Program-made: the position numbers and the translations under genes | Notes under the pieces: model-generated | The model's input: only the letters and a program-made list of their open reading frames with translations | What the model was told of the DNA's origin: nothing | Databases searched by the model: none | Shown: positions 16,858 through 26,280 of the stretch, in pieces | Layout of the letters: every line of letters starts with the position of its first letter | Numbering within the stretch: position 1 is the stretch's first letter | Assembly: GCA_012520055.1 (NCBI GenBank) | Contig: JAAYPA010000011.1 | Location: forward strand, 1-40,704 | Length of the DNA stretch: 40,704 bases | Direction: 5' to 3' | Origin: Mollicutes bacterium | GTDB taxonomy: Bacteria > Bacillota_I > Bacilli_A > RF39 > UBA660

Positions 16858-17139
16858 ATGGAAGTTCTCTTAAAAATTCAACCAGTAAATTCTGATATAA
16901 TTACTCGTGAAAGACTAGATGAAATTATTAATATTTTATTAAGAAAAACTAAAAAACAAGATTATAAAGCAATGTAGCAAGCAATTTATGATATAAAGAT
17001 AAATACAGATATAAACTTATTAAACGATTTAAGACAAGAACTGGCTAGTAAATTAAACATAGTTAGTAGTTCATTATTAGATCAGTATCCAGCAACAAAA
17101 ATAATAAACGAATTAAATTTAAAACCAAAAACGAAGTAA
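16858..17139 (+). pseudogene. 93-codon orphan ORF with an in-frame TAG
   Basis: MEVLLKIQPVNSDIITRERLDEIINILLRKTKKQDYKAM-TAG(16975-16977)-QAIYDIKINTD...KPKTK. It starts 9 nt after the upstream stop and is followed by a strong terminator. Confidence 0.4.
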
Positions 17140-17144
17140 TTGAT

Positions 17145-17170
17145 AGTACCGAACAATCGGTACTTTTTTT
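17145..17170 (+). terminator. Intrinsic terminator of the 16095-17139 unit
   Basis: AGTACCGA acaa TCGGTACT followed by TTTTTTT. Confidence 0.75.
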
Positions 17171-17263
17171 GAAATTGAAAAGAATAAAGAAAATATAGGG
17201 CATGTTTCATCTATATTTTGTTAACTAGGGCAAAAGTGATATGTCTAGTTCTAAAAAAACGAC

Positions 17264-17296
17264 ATAAAAAAAGTATGATGTTTATTAAATCATACT
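17264..17296 (-). terminator. Intrinsic terminator of the 17309-17539 gene
   Basis: Minus-strand AGTATGAT ... ATCATACT followed by a U-run (plus-strand A-run at 17265-17272). Confidence 0.6.
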
Positions 17297-17308
17297 TAAT
17301 TATTAATT

Positions 17309-17539
17309 TTAAAATCGTAAATCATCATTATCTTTTTCTACTTTTTTGACTAATTTTTTTATTGCCTCTTTTGTTTGATTGAAAACTTTTTCATTCATCG
17401 GTTCCCAGTCTTTAAGAATTTTGTCTACTTCATCAGTTGTCAATTCTCTGCCTTCGTATTGTGCTCTTAAAACTTTAATTATTTTAAATCTCATTTGAAC
17501 AATACATTCGTATAAGTAAATATTTTGGACATCAACCAT
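17309..17539 (-). CDS. Hypothetical 76-aa protein
   Basis: The ORF has its own terminator but a weak RBS. No family recognised. Confidence 0.4.
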   Translation of the reverse strand: MVDVQNIYLYECIVQMRFKIIKVLRAQYEGRELTTDEVDKILKDWEPMNEKVFNQTKEAIKKLVKKVEKDNDDLRF

Positions 17540-17602
17540 AGATTTTTTCCAATTATATTACTGAAATATAATTATTAAATCATTTATAATACTTTTATAA
17601 AA

Positions 17603-17639
17603 CAAAAAAAGCCTTGCAAATCTTATTTTTTACAAGACT
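17603..17639 (-). terminator. Intrinsic terminator of tRNA-Ser
   Basis: Minus-strand AGTCTTGTAAA ... TTTGCAAGGCT. Two G-U pairs form only on the minus-strand RNA, and UUUUUUU follows. Confidence 0.6.
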
Positions 17640-17655
17640 TTTAAATAATCATAAA

Positions 17656-17746
17656 TGGCGGAGCAGAGAAGATTTGAACTTCCGCACCGGTTACCCGATC
17701 TACACCCTTAGCAGGGGCGCCTCTTCAGCCTCTTGAGTACTGCTCC
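17656..17746 (-). tRNA. tRNA-Ser (anticodon GCU), long variable arm, CCA encoded
   Basis: Reverse complement GGAGCAGTACTCAAGAGGCTGAAGAGGCGCCCCTGCTAAGGGTGTAGATCGGGTAACCGGTGCGGAAGTTCAAATCTTCTCTGCTCCGCCA. Confidence 0.93.
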
Positions 17747-17759
17747 AAGCCACAAGAAG

Positions 17760-17788
17760 ATTTTACAATAATTAGCCTTTAAAGTCAA
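17760..17788 (-). promoter_or_regulatory. Putative tRNA-Ser promoter
   Basis: On the minus strand: TTGACT (17788-17783), 17 nt, TAAAAT (17765-17760) preceded by TG. Confidence 0.55.
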
Positions 17789-17820
17789 TGAAAATGACTA
17801 ATTAATAGTAATTTTTATAA

Positions 17821-17841
17821 TAAAAAACAGCCTAAGCTGTT
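17821..17841 (-). terminator. Terminator of the yidD-lipoprotein operon
   Basis: Minus-strand AACAGC ttag GCTGTT followed by TTTTTA. It overlaps the stop codon. Confidence 0.5.
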
Positions 17842-18697
17842 AATATACTTCGCCTTTGATAGCTTCAATAAAGTCTTTCATAAATGTCATATAATCATTA
17901 TCATTTTTTCGATCTTCATCACTGATATTATCCATTTTATTTATTCTGGTAATTTTAGCTCCATTATTAATTAGAGTTTGAATATTTTCATTATTTTCAT
18001 CTGTATCAGAAATGATAAATAAATATTGATTTTCTTTATTACTAAAAGCTTTTTTAGCTCTCGCAAAAGCTGTAGAAGATGAATCCTCATCATTAACATT
18101 AATTATTTCAAATCCGTATTTACTTAAGAAATTGAAAGCTTTATTAGCTACGATTAAAGTTTTATTACCGGCGTTTTCCGCTATAAGTTTTAATTCAGCA
18201 TCAAATTCGGAAATATCAATTTTTAATTCTTCATAATTATTATCAATATCTTCTAAGATGGAAGTATTATTAATATATTCTTTTAAACCATTTTTGATAT
18301 TTTGAGCTATCATTAAGCAATTAGAAGGACTAATCCATAGCTCGGCATCTTCGTTTTTTATTTCCAAACCTCTTGATACATCAATAATATTTAATTTTTT
18401 GTTTTTATTAATTAGTGAAGCTGCTATTTGTTTTTCACTGCTTAAACCATTATAAATAAATAAATGAGCTTTACTGAATTCATTTGTTTTTTTATTGGTA
18501 ATTGTATATTCTTTAATATTAATCCCATCTGGATAAATACTATATATATTTGAATAATCACCATAAAGTCTTGTTGTAATATATTCAATAGGATAAGCGG
18601 TTGTATAAATATCTATTCCATCAAAATCGTCCATTTTAATAAAATCACAACCTGTTATAAAAATGATAGAAATAATTAGTATAATTAATTTTTTCAT
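17840..18697 (-). CDS. Lipoprotein with a TroA/ZnuA-like solute-binding fold; metal ligands apparently not conserved
   Basis: 285 aa. Lipobox ITGC. DAELWISPSN resembles the DPHxWLxPxN segment of Zn/Mn-binding proteins but lacks the His. No ABC permease or ATPase gene is adjacent. Confidence 0.55.
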   Translation of the reverse strand: MKKLIILIISIIFITGCDFIKMDDFDGIDIYTTAYPIEYITTRLYGDYSNIYSIYPDGINIKEYTITNKKTNEFSKAHLFIYNGLSSEKQIAASLINKNKKLNIIDVSRGLEIKNEDAELWISPSNCLMIAQNIKNGLKEYINNTSILEDIDNNYEELKIDISEFDAELKLIAENAGNKTLIVANKAFNFLSKYGFEIINVNDEDSSSTAFARAKKAFSNKENQYLFIISDTDENNENIQTLINNGAKITRINKMDNISDEDRKNDNDYMTFMKDFIEAIKGEVY

Positions 18698-18909
18698 AAA
18701 TTCTCCTTTACCGGGTCATAACCATGTTTACCAAATGGATGACATTTTAATAATCTTTTTATTCCTAATCTTAATCCTTTATATGCACCATAGCGTGTTA
18801 TCGCTTCTTTCATATAGGCACTACATGTTGGGGTAAAGCGACAATGTTTATGAGTGCCAATCGGAGTACTCTGATATAAATCTATTAACTTAATTAAGAG
18901 TTTCTTCAT
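18694..18909 (-). CDS. yidD: Membrane protein insertion efficiency factor YidD
   Basis: 71 aa. CRFTPTCSAYMKEAITRYGAYKGLRLGIKRLLKCHPF...GYDPV. Confidence 0.9.
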   Translation of the reverse strand: MKKLLIKLIDLYQSTPIGTHKHCRFTPTCSAYMKEAITRYGAYKGLRLGIKRLLKCHPFGKHGYDPVKENL

Positions 18910-19024
18910 ATACTCACCTCTTATAATTCTACTATATATTATATATTTTTAAAAGCTTAAAAATTATAAAGCTTTATATTTTGTTAAATAAGATATTATG
19001 ATAAAATATAATCAGGAGTTGATA

Positions 19025-19456
19025 ATGATGAAAAAATATTTAAATTCACTAATATTATTCTTGATATGTATAACATTAAGTGGTTGTACTGTTAATTTAG
19101 AACAACAGGTTACTGATAATAATAGTAAAGGCACTAAGATGATTTGGATTAGTGATGAAGTAATTGATAATATCTCAGCTACAAATAGTATAATTGTAAA
19201 AAATGCTATCAAAGAAAAGGTAAAAACAATTACAGATACAAAAAAAATTGAAAAAATAATTAATTTAATCTCTTCTGGTGAAATTATTGATGGAGACATA
19301 ACTTATGAAGGTCCAATATACTATTTGGAAATGAATTATGATGATCAACTAATAGAAATTATAAATGTTTTCGATGAGAGTATCGGACTTAATAATGACC
19401 AAAATAATCGCTATAAAATAAAGATAAATGAATTAAAAGGCCTAATTAAGAAATAA
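19025..19456 (+). CDS. Hypothetical lipoprotein
   Basis: Start moved to the ATG at 19025 (AGGAG 6 nt upstream). MMKKYLNSLILFLICITLSGC gives a signal peptide plus lipobox. Confidence 0.65.
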   Translation: MMKKYLNSLILFLICITLSGCTVNLEQQVTDNNSKGTKMIWISDEVIDNISATNSIIVKNAIKEKVKTITDTKKIEKIINLISSGEIIDGDITYEGPIYYLEMNYDDQLIEIINVFDESIGLNNDQNNRYKIKINELKGLIKK

Positions 19457-19524
19457 AAACCTTCGGAATTAAAAAAACTGGAGTTTTTAAACTTGTTAAT
19501 GTATAATGAAAATGGTGAAATGCT

Positions 19525-20178
19525 ATGGATTTATCAAAATATGGGGTTAATAATGACAATAAAATATTACAGATAGCTTTAATACATTCTTCGTATGCCA
19601 ATGAAGAAGGTGGGAAACATTATGAACGTCTGGAATTTTTAGGTGATGCAGTTTTACAATTAATTATAAGTGAATACTTTTATAAAAATTGTGAGCTTTC
19701 TGAAGGAGAAATGTCTAAAATCAGAGCTTCTTTTGTTTGTGAAAAAGCTTTATCTACGTATATGGATGATTTAGGTATTACCCCATATATCAAACTAGGT
19801 CATGGTCTTGAAAATAATGTCAGTGAAACCATAGCAGCTGATGTATTTGAAAGTATCGTAGCTGCTATTTATTTAAATAGTGGTTTTAATAAAGCAAGAG
19901 AATTTGTAATGGATGTAGCACTGCCATATCTAAAAAAAGGTATAGGGTTTAATAAAGACTATAAATCTTTATTACAAGAGTTAGTCCAAACTGATAAAAA
20001 AAGTGTTATTTATAATGTTATAAATGAAAGCGGTCCGGCTCATGATAAACTTTTTGAAGTAGAGGTTGTTGTGGAAGGGATTGTTTATGGTCGCGGAAAA
20101 GGTAAGAATAAAAAGGAAGCTGAACAAAATGCAGCTTATGATGCCATATCAAAAAAAGCAGGTGAAAATAAAAAGTGA
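19525..20178 (+). CDS. rnc: Ribonuclease III
   Basis: ERLEFLGDAVL signature and a C-terminal dsRBD (GPAHDKLFEVEV...GKGKNKKEAEQNAA). Confidence 0.95.
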   Translation: MDLSKYGVNNDNKILQIALIHSSYANEEGGKHYERLEFLGDAVLQLIISEYFYKNCELSEGEMSKIRASFVCEKALSTYMDDLGITPYIKLGHGLENNVSETIAADVFESIVAAIYLNSGFNKAREFVMDVALPYLKKGIGFNKDYKSLLQELVQTDKKSVIYNVINESGPAHDKLFEVEVVVEGIVYGRGKGKNKKEAEQNAAYDAISKKAGENKK

Positions 20179-23111
20179 AACTTCTTAGAATTAGTATTCA
20201 TGGCTTTAAAAGCTTTGCCGATAAGACCGAAATCGATATTAAATCGGGTATAACCGGAGTTGTAGGTCCTAATGGTAGTGGTAAAAGTAATATAGTAGAT
20301 GCCGTAAAATGGGTTTTAGGGGAGCAATCAGTCAAAGATATCCGAGGTGGAAATACGATGACTGATGTTATTTTTAGTGGATCTAAATCTCGTAACCCCT
20401 TAACCAGAGCTTGGGTATCTTTAACTATTGATAATTCCGATCATTATTTAAATAGTGATTTAACTGAACTTGAAATAAAAAGAGTTGTTTATTCAACTGG
20501 AGAAAATGAATATTTCATAAACGGAGAACAAGTAAGACTTAAAGATATTACTGATTTATTTATTGATTCGGGTTCAAGTGTTAATTCTTTATCAATTATT
20601 TCGCAAGGTAAAATAGGCGAAATAGTGGGCGGTAAACCGGAAGAAAAAAGAAGTATCTTAGAAGAAGCTGCCGGAGTTTTAAAATATAAAAAACGTAAGG
20701 AAGAAACTCTAAGAAAATTAGATAAGACAAATGATAATCTATCCAGAATCAACTTAATTATAGATGAATTATCTATTAACTTAGAACCTTTGAAAGCTCA
20801 AGCCGAAACGGCTTCTAAGTATTTGAAATTTAAAGAAGAACTAAAGGAAACCGAAATAGCTTTAATAGCTCATGATATTAAAGAAATAAATACTGAATAT
20901 GAAGAAGACAAAGAAAAAGAAAAAACTTTAAGTGAAGAAATTTTAAAAATAGATAACAGTAATATTATTGAAAATTCCAAAGTCGATAATTTAAAATTAA
21001 AACTATTAAAATTAGAAGAAGACATAAGTGAAAAAACTGATAAATTATATGCTTTAAATACGGAACTATCTAAATTAACCGGTGAAAAACAAGTTATGTT
21101 GGAAAGACAAAAATATAAAGTAGAAGATGTCAAACTAGAAGAAAACTTAGTAAATTTAAAAGAAAAAGAACTTGATTTAAAGAATAATTTAAAAATGTCT
21201 GAAGAAGATCTTAAAACTAAAGAAAAAGAATTGACAGAAAAAACTACCGAGCATGAAAAAATAACGAGAGAATATAACAACTTAACTTATGAAAAAGAAG
21301 TACTATTAAAGAAATTAGCTCTTCTAAATAAAGAAGATATTAGTTTAAAAAATAAAATTGAAATCTTAAATGAAACTATTGAAAATGATTATAAAGTACC
21401 AAGTGCTGTTAGAAGTGTAGTAAATAATAATAGATTATCAGGTATCCATAGCTATTTAGGTAAGCTTATAGAAACCGAAGAAAAATACAGTACAGCGATT
21501 GATACTTCACTAGGTTATTCAGCCAATGTTGTTATTGTTGATACGGAAGAATCTGCTAAAGAAGCTATTAATTATTTAAAATCTAACTTCTTAGGTAGAG
21601 CTACTTTCTTTCCTTTAAATATTATTAAACCAAGAGGAGTAGACAGTAATACTATTTTAAAGATTAAAGATTTAGATGCATTTGTCGGGATAGCATCAGA
21701 TTTAGTAAAATGTAATCCGATTTATCGTAATATTATTTTAAATCAGCTTGGTAATGTCATAATAGCCAAAGATTTAAATGGAGCTAACAGGATTGGTAAA
21801 TTAATTAATTATCTATATAAAATAGTTACCTTAGAAGGAGAACTAATTGCTTCAGGTGGAAGTATTACCGGTGGTTCTTCTAAAAACTCTAGTGGTATAC
21901 TAAATCAAAAATTTGAACTGGAAAACTTACTTAAACTATCTAAAGAAAAAGTAAGTCAAATAAAAGACCATGAGAATAAAATTAATGAAATAGATTATAA
22001 TTTAAAAATTTTAGAAAACAAAATATTTAATAGTACCAATAATTTGAACTCATTAAAAGAAACTATTCTTAGAAAAAACCAAAACTTATCTAATATAAAA
22101 AGTAGTTTAGATAATCTTTTAAATGAAACAAGAGGTACGAAAGGAATTTTAAACAAAAAGCTAGATGAAGAAATAGAAACCATCTTAAGTAGATACTACG
22201 AAATAAAATCACAAACAGAAAACTTAGAAATTAAATTAAATGAACTTAAGATGAATAAAAATGATTTACAGGCCCAAATAGGGGAAATAGAAGTAACAAC
22301 TCGTAAAGCAAACAGTGAATATAATAAAAAACAAAATGAACTAAAAGATATTCAAATTCAAATAACGAGATTAGAATCTAAATTGGATAATTTATTACTT
22401 AGATTAAATGAAGAATATGAAATAACTTATGAAAAAGCTATTAAAGAATTTGAATTAAAAGAAGATTTAAATACTGCTCGCAGTAAAGTAAATACCTTAA
22501 AAAGGGATATTAAAATTTTAGGTGAAGTAAATACTGGAGCAATATCTGAATATGAAAGAATTAATAAGAGATTCGAATTCTTGTCTAAACAAAAGGAAGA
22601 TTTAGAAACTTCTATCAAAGATATTTTAGAAGTTATTAATGAATTAGATACTAACATGAAAGAAAGATTAATGTCTACATATGAAGAATTAAATCAAGAA
22701 TTTGGTAGGGTATTTACGAAGTTATTTAAAGGTGGAGAGGGTAAACTTGTTTTAACCGATCCAAATGATATTTTAAATACTGGTTTAGAAATATATGCAG
22801 TTCCTCCTGGAAAAGATATTAAGAATACTAGACTTCTTTCCGGTGGAGAATCAACGCTTACAGCAATAGCACTACTTTTTGCTATTCTAAATATTAGAAC
22901 AGTACCTTTCTGTTTACTTGATGAGGTGGAAGCTGCTCTTGATGAAGTTAATGTTGATATGTTTGGTAACTACCTAAAAAATTTAAATACCAATACCCAG
23001 TTTATTATCATTACGCATAAAAAAAGAACAATGGAATACATTAACAATCTTTATGGAGTTACCATGCAAGAATCAGGAGTATCTAAACTAGTTAGTGTAA
23101 AATTGGATTAA
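20175..23111 (+). CDS. smc: Chromosome partition protein SMC (978 aa, short-arm form)
   Basis: Walker A GPNGSGKSN, long coiled coils around a central hinge, signature LSGGE, Walker B CLLDEVEAALD. The GTG start overlaps the rnc stop (GTGA). Confidence 0.95.
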   Translation: MKLLRISIHGFKSFADKTEIDIKSGITGVVGPNGSGKSNIVDAVKWVLGEQSVKDIRGGNTMTDVIFSGSKSRNPLTRAWVSLTIDNSDHYLNSDLTELEIKRVVYSTGENEYFINGEQVRLKDITDLFIDSGSSVNSLSIISQGKIGEIVGGKPEEKRSILEEAAGVLKYKKRKEETLRKLDKTNDNLSRINLIIDELSINLEPLKAQAETASKYLKFKEELKETEIALIAHDIKEINTEYEEDKEKEKTLSEEILKIDNSNIIENSKVDNLKLKLLKLEEDISEKTDKLYALNTELSKLTGEKQVMLERQKYKVEDVKLEENLVNLKEKELDLKNNLKMSEEDLKTKEKELTEKTTEHEKITREYNNLTYEKEVLLKKLALLNKEDISLKNKIEILNETIENDYKVPSAVRSVVNNNRLSGIHSYLGKLIETEEKYSTAIDTSLGYSANVVIVDTEESAKEAINYLKSNFLGRATFFPLNIIKPRGVDSNTILKIKDLDAFVGIASDLVKCNPIYRNIILNQLGNVIIAKDLNGANRIGKLINYLYKIVTLEGELIASGGSITGGSSKNSSGILNQKFELENLLKLSKEKVSQIKDHENKINEIDYNLKILENKIFNSTNNLNSLKETILRKNQNLSNIKSSLDNLLNETRGTKGILNKKLDEEIETILSRYYEIKSQTENLEIKLNELKMNKNDLQAQIGEIEVTTRKANSEYNKKQNELKDIQIQITRLESKLDNLLLRLNEEYEITYEKAIKEFELKEDLNTARSKVNTLKRDIKILGEVNTGAISEYERINKRFEFLSKQKEDLETSIKDILEVINELDTNMKERLMSTYEELNQEFGRVFTKLFKGGEGKLVLTDPNDILNTGLEIYAVPPGKDIKNTRLLSGGESTLTAIALLFAILNIRTVPFCLLDEVEAALDEVNVDMFGNYLKNLNTNTQFIIITHKKRTMEYINNLYGVTMQESGVSKLVSVKLD

Positions 23112-23142
23112 AAGAATTGAATTTTTGTTCAATTCTTTTTTT
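23111..23142 (+). terminator. Intrinsic terminator of rnc-smc
   Basis: AAAGAATTGAA ... TTCAATTCTTT followed by a T-run. Confidence 0.75.
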
Positions 23143-23278
23143 ATAGCAATGGAGTTATACTAGTAATTTCTCAAGTAGTTTTTTCATAAAAAATTAAAGT
23201 TAAAATGAAATTGTTATTAGAAAATTTGACTTTGGAATCAATTGATAATTTTCTTGAAGTGTGTTTACGTCTAGAATT

Positions 23279-24046
23279 CTATGATGTTATTGATTCGGCA
23301 ATTAAAGTATTGTGATTTAAATTCAAAAAAATAGAGATTGATCCATCAAACTCTATTTTTAAAACCATTTCATTAAAAATGCAATAAGTTTCCATCTTTT
23401 TGTAACATAGGCAACTTTTTTCTTTCTTAATGGAAATATATATTTGTTTAGCGGTTTTATCTACCGGTTGAACCCAAAATAAACCTTCACCTTTAGCCAT
23501 ATCGGTATCAACTAGTCCCGGTCTTATATCTGTAATGGTAATGTTTAATTTATCTTTTTTTATTTTTAATCTAAGGCCTTCTAAATAATTAGCAAGAAAT
23601 GCTTTAGAAGCACTATAGGCTGGGCTATCATTATTTCCTTTCAAAGCAGCAATTGAAGATAGGACTACTAAATGACCACTTTGCTTTTTCATAAAATATT
23701 TAAAAGCAATATTAATCATAGAAGTAACGCCACTAACATTAATATCAATAGTTTCTTTTTCTTTAGACCAATCTAGTTCATAATTAATATAACCAGTTCC
23801 GGAAGTAATAATAATTAAATCAACGTCTTTCATTTCTTTTATTAATTCGGATAAATTATTCATTGCTTCATCAGTTTTAGATACATCAATATATTTAACA
23901 AAACTTTTGGTATCTAATTCGGATTTTAATTCTTTTAAAAGTTCGGTTCTTCTTGCAGCTAAGCCTAATTCATATTTTTCTTTTGCAAGAATTTTAGCCA
24001 GTTCTTTTCCCATTCCACTGCTTGCACCAATAATTATAGCTTTCAT
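23279..24046 (-). CDS. Short-chain dehydrogenase/reductase (SDR)
   Basis: GASSGMG cofactor motif and YSASK catalytic motif. Confidence 0.85.
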   Translation of the reverse strand: MKAIIIGASSGMGKELAKILAKEKYELGLAARRTELLKELKSELDTKSFVKYIDVSKTDEAMNNLSELIKEMKDVDLIIITSGTGYINYELDWSKEKETIDINVSGVTSMINIAFKYFMKKQSGHLVVLSSIAALKGNNDSPAYSASKAFLANYLEGLRLKIKKDKLNITITDIRPGLVDTDMAKGEGLFWVQPVDKTAKQIYISIKKEKSCLCYKKMETYCIFNEMVLKIEFDGSISIFLNLNHNTLIAESITS

Positions 24047-24111
24047 AAACCTCCTATATTTAAGCTTTATTATATCACAAAATATTTGATATAATCTAAA
24101 TAGGTGATGGT

Positions 24112-24702
24112 ATGAGAGAGGTAGAGCTTACAATAAGTATTCTTGAAAGTTTAGAAGAAGTTTTAAAAAAATTAGAAGATCAAGGATTTGAATTTGTAGA
24201 AAAATATTATATGAGAGATTACTATATGGCGCATAAAAGTATTGATTTAACATTAGATAATTATAAAATTTTAAGTAAATGTTTACTTATTAGAGAAATA
24301 GTAGATGATAATCCTAAAAAACAATTAGTATATAAAAACAAAACATATGCTCAAGATGGTAAAATCATTTCTCAAAATAAATTTAAAACAAATATAGACT
24401 CTATAGATAAAGTTAAACAAATGCTAGAAATAGTTGATTTCATTACTTTATTTGAAGTAGAAAATAATTCTTATATCTATAAAAAAGATAATACTGAAGT
24501 TGTTATTCAAAAAATAACAAATCCAGAAGGATTATATATGGAAATAGAAGCAACCGAAGAAGAATTACAAGATCCAAACGATGAAAATATTAAAACTATC
24601 TTAAAAGAAAAACTAGATAACTTAGGATTAAAAACAACAGGAGAGTATGAAGTAAAAAAAGCATTTATTGCTTTGGATAAGGTAAAAAAAATTTCAATAT
24701 AA
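24112..24702 (+). CDS. CYTH-domain protein (CyaB/ThTPase-like)
   Basis: 196 aa. N-terminal REVELT (ExE, but the usual K is T) and C-terminal GLYMEIEA, typical of CYTH beta-barrels. Confidence 0.55.
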   Translation: MREVELTISILESLEEVLKKLEDQGFEFVEKYYMRDYYMAHKSIDLTLDNYKILSKCLLIREIVDDNPKKQLVYKNKTYAQDGKIISQNKFKTNIDSIDKVKQMLEIVDFITLFEVENNSYIYKKDNTEVVIQKITNPEGLYMEIEATEEELQDPNDENIKTILKEKLDNLGLKTTGEYEVKKAFIALDKVKKISI

Positions 24703-24793
24703 AAAATAAGTATATAAAATTTCAATCATTCTAGCGATGCTTTTTTTGACATAATATTTAAATATAAAATTATATATTATTATAGGTGAACCT

Positions 24794-25711
24794 ATGAAGA
24801 AGAGATTTATTGCTAAAAGAAGACATAGATATTTACTTATAAAAATAATTATATGTGTTTTAATAGCATATTTCTCTTTTTCATTTACGATAAAATATTT
24901 AATAAAAACTAAAATCAGTTTAACTGATGAAAAAAGAATTAATGAATATTTAGCCATAGCTTCTAATAACTTAATAGGCGAAATTTCAATTTATGATTTA
25001 CTTAATATAAATTTGACGAGTCCTAATACAATGCTAAAGTTATCTTTTAGTAACTTTAAAAAGCTAGAAGCAGTTAATTATGAAGAAGAAAGTACTAAAG
25101 TAGTTATAGAAGTTAAAGAGCCTTTGGTATATATTTATAATACTCATCAGACCGAAGATTATAATCCAGGTTCTTTAAGAGAATATAATATTACTCCAAC
25201 TGTATATATGGCCTCTGTCATGCTTCAGAAAGCCTTAGAAAAAGAAGGAATATTTTCTATTGTAGAAGATGCTAATATTAAAGAAATTCTTAATTTAAAC
25301 GGGTGGTCTTATGGAAGTTCATATTTAGCTAGTAGAATGCTTTTAGAAGAAGCTAAAAAAGATTATCCATCTATCAAATATTTTATAGATCTTCACAGGG
25401 ATAGTGTTTCAGGGACTACTACAATAGATAAACTAACTTATGCTAAGCTGATGTTTGTTGTCGGTATGAATCATGAAAAATATAATGAAAATCAAAACCT
25501 TGTTATGAGACTACATGACTATATTAAAAGTAATTATGAAAGTGTTATTAAAAATGTTTATTATAGTAAAAATGGTAAATATAATCAGGATTTTGATACT
25601 AATACTTTTTTAGTAGAAATAGGTGGACCTGACAATAAGATTGATGAAGTCTATAACAGTGTGAGTCTTCTTGCAGAAGCACTTATTAAAGAAATAAAAA
25701 AAACATATTAA
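24794..25711 (+). CDS. spoIIP: Stage II sporulation protein P-like amidase
   Basis: 305 aa. N-terminal TM, VYIYNTHQTEDY..., IDLHRDS, FLVEIGG blocks characteristic of SpoIIP. Confidence 0.75.
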   Translation: MKKRFIAKRRHRYLLIKIIICVLIAYFSFSFTIKYLIKTKISLTDEKRINEYLAIASNNLIGEISIYDLLNINLTSPNTMLKLSFSNFKKLEAVNYEEESTKVVIEVKEPLVYIYNTHQTEDYNPGSLREYNITPTVYMASVMLQKALEKEGIFSIVEDANIKEILNLNGWSYGSSYLASRMLLEEAKKDYPSIKYFIDLHRDSVSGTTTIDKLTYAKLMFVVGMNHEKYNENQNLVMRLHDYIKSNYESVIKNVYYSKNGKYNQDFDTNTFLVEIGGPDNKIDEVYNSVSLLAEALIKEIKKTY

Positions 25712-25725
25712 TATAATATAATAGT

Positions 25726-26211
25726 ATGGGTGTTGATATGGATAATTTAATAAAAAAGTCAATGAATGAAGAAATAGCTAGGCAAATTGCTTTATGGAAG
25801 TACGAAGGACATTATGAAGTTTATAATTTGCCATCTTTTGAAGAAATGAAAGAAAATAATTATGGTATGGTTAATCCGAAAAAAGCTGATAATTATATTT
25901 GTTATTTAAAAAATGATGAAGTTGTAGCATATACTAGCATGAAAGAAATGCCTGATGGACGTATATATTTTGGGATTGGTTTAAAGCCAGAATATTGTGG
26001 TAAAAAAATGGGTAACTATTTTACAAAAGATAGCCTAGAAGATATAAAAAAGAGATTTCCTAATTCTAAAATATATTTGGAAATTAGATCATGGAATAAA
26101 AGAGCATTAAAGTCAGCTGAAAATATTGGATTTGTTACAACTGATACTATTATCAAAAAAGATCGTTTAGGAAATGATTCTGAATTTGTTGAAATGGAAC
26201 TTAATGACTAA
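25726..26211 (+). CDS. GNAT-family N-acetyltransferase
   Basis: 161 aa. GIGLKPEYCGKKMG resembles the acetyl-CoA motif A. The start could instead be the ATG at 25738. Confidence 0.6.
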   Translation: MGVDMDNLIKKSMNEEIARQIALWKYEGHYEVYNLPSFEEMKENNYGMVNPKKADNYICYLKNDEVVAYTSMKEMPDGRIYFGIGLKPEYCGKKMGNYFTKDSLEDIKKRFPNSKIYLEIRSWNKRALKSAENIGFVTTDTIIKKDRLGNDSEFVEMELND

Positions 26212-26233
26212 TCACCTTATGGTGATTTTTTTT
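26211..26233 (+). terminator. Intrinsic terminator
   Basis: ATCACC ttat GGTGAT followed by TTTTTTTT. Confidence 0.7.
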
Positions 26234-26280
26234 GACATATTAATTAAGCTTATAATTATATATTAGTAATAGGTGAGCTT

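Noticed and set aside
16975-16977. In-frame TAG as a recoded (pyrrolysine-type) codon.
   Set aside because: There is no pyl gene context. TAG also functions as a genuine stop in the window (M23 endolysin at 9466-9468), and the neighbouring gene is frameshifted, so a nonsense mutation is the simpler explanation.
20489-22657. Four antisense ORFs inside smc (20489-20752, 20870-21280, 21995-22183, 22427-22657).
   Set aside because: They are the mirror image of the K/E/L-rich coiled-coil coding strand, giving F/L/S-rich low-complexity peptides. They lack an RBS and lie entirely within a well-supported gene.
23205-23315. 36-codon ORF (MKLLLENLTLESIDNFLEVCLRLEFYDVIDSAIKVL) after smc, possibly a remnant of the missing ftsY/ylxM region.
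   Set aside because: It has no RBS, overlaps the 3' end of the convergent SDR gene, and shows no recognisable similarity to FtsY or YlxM.
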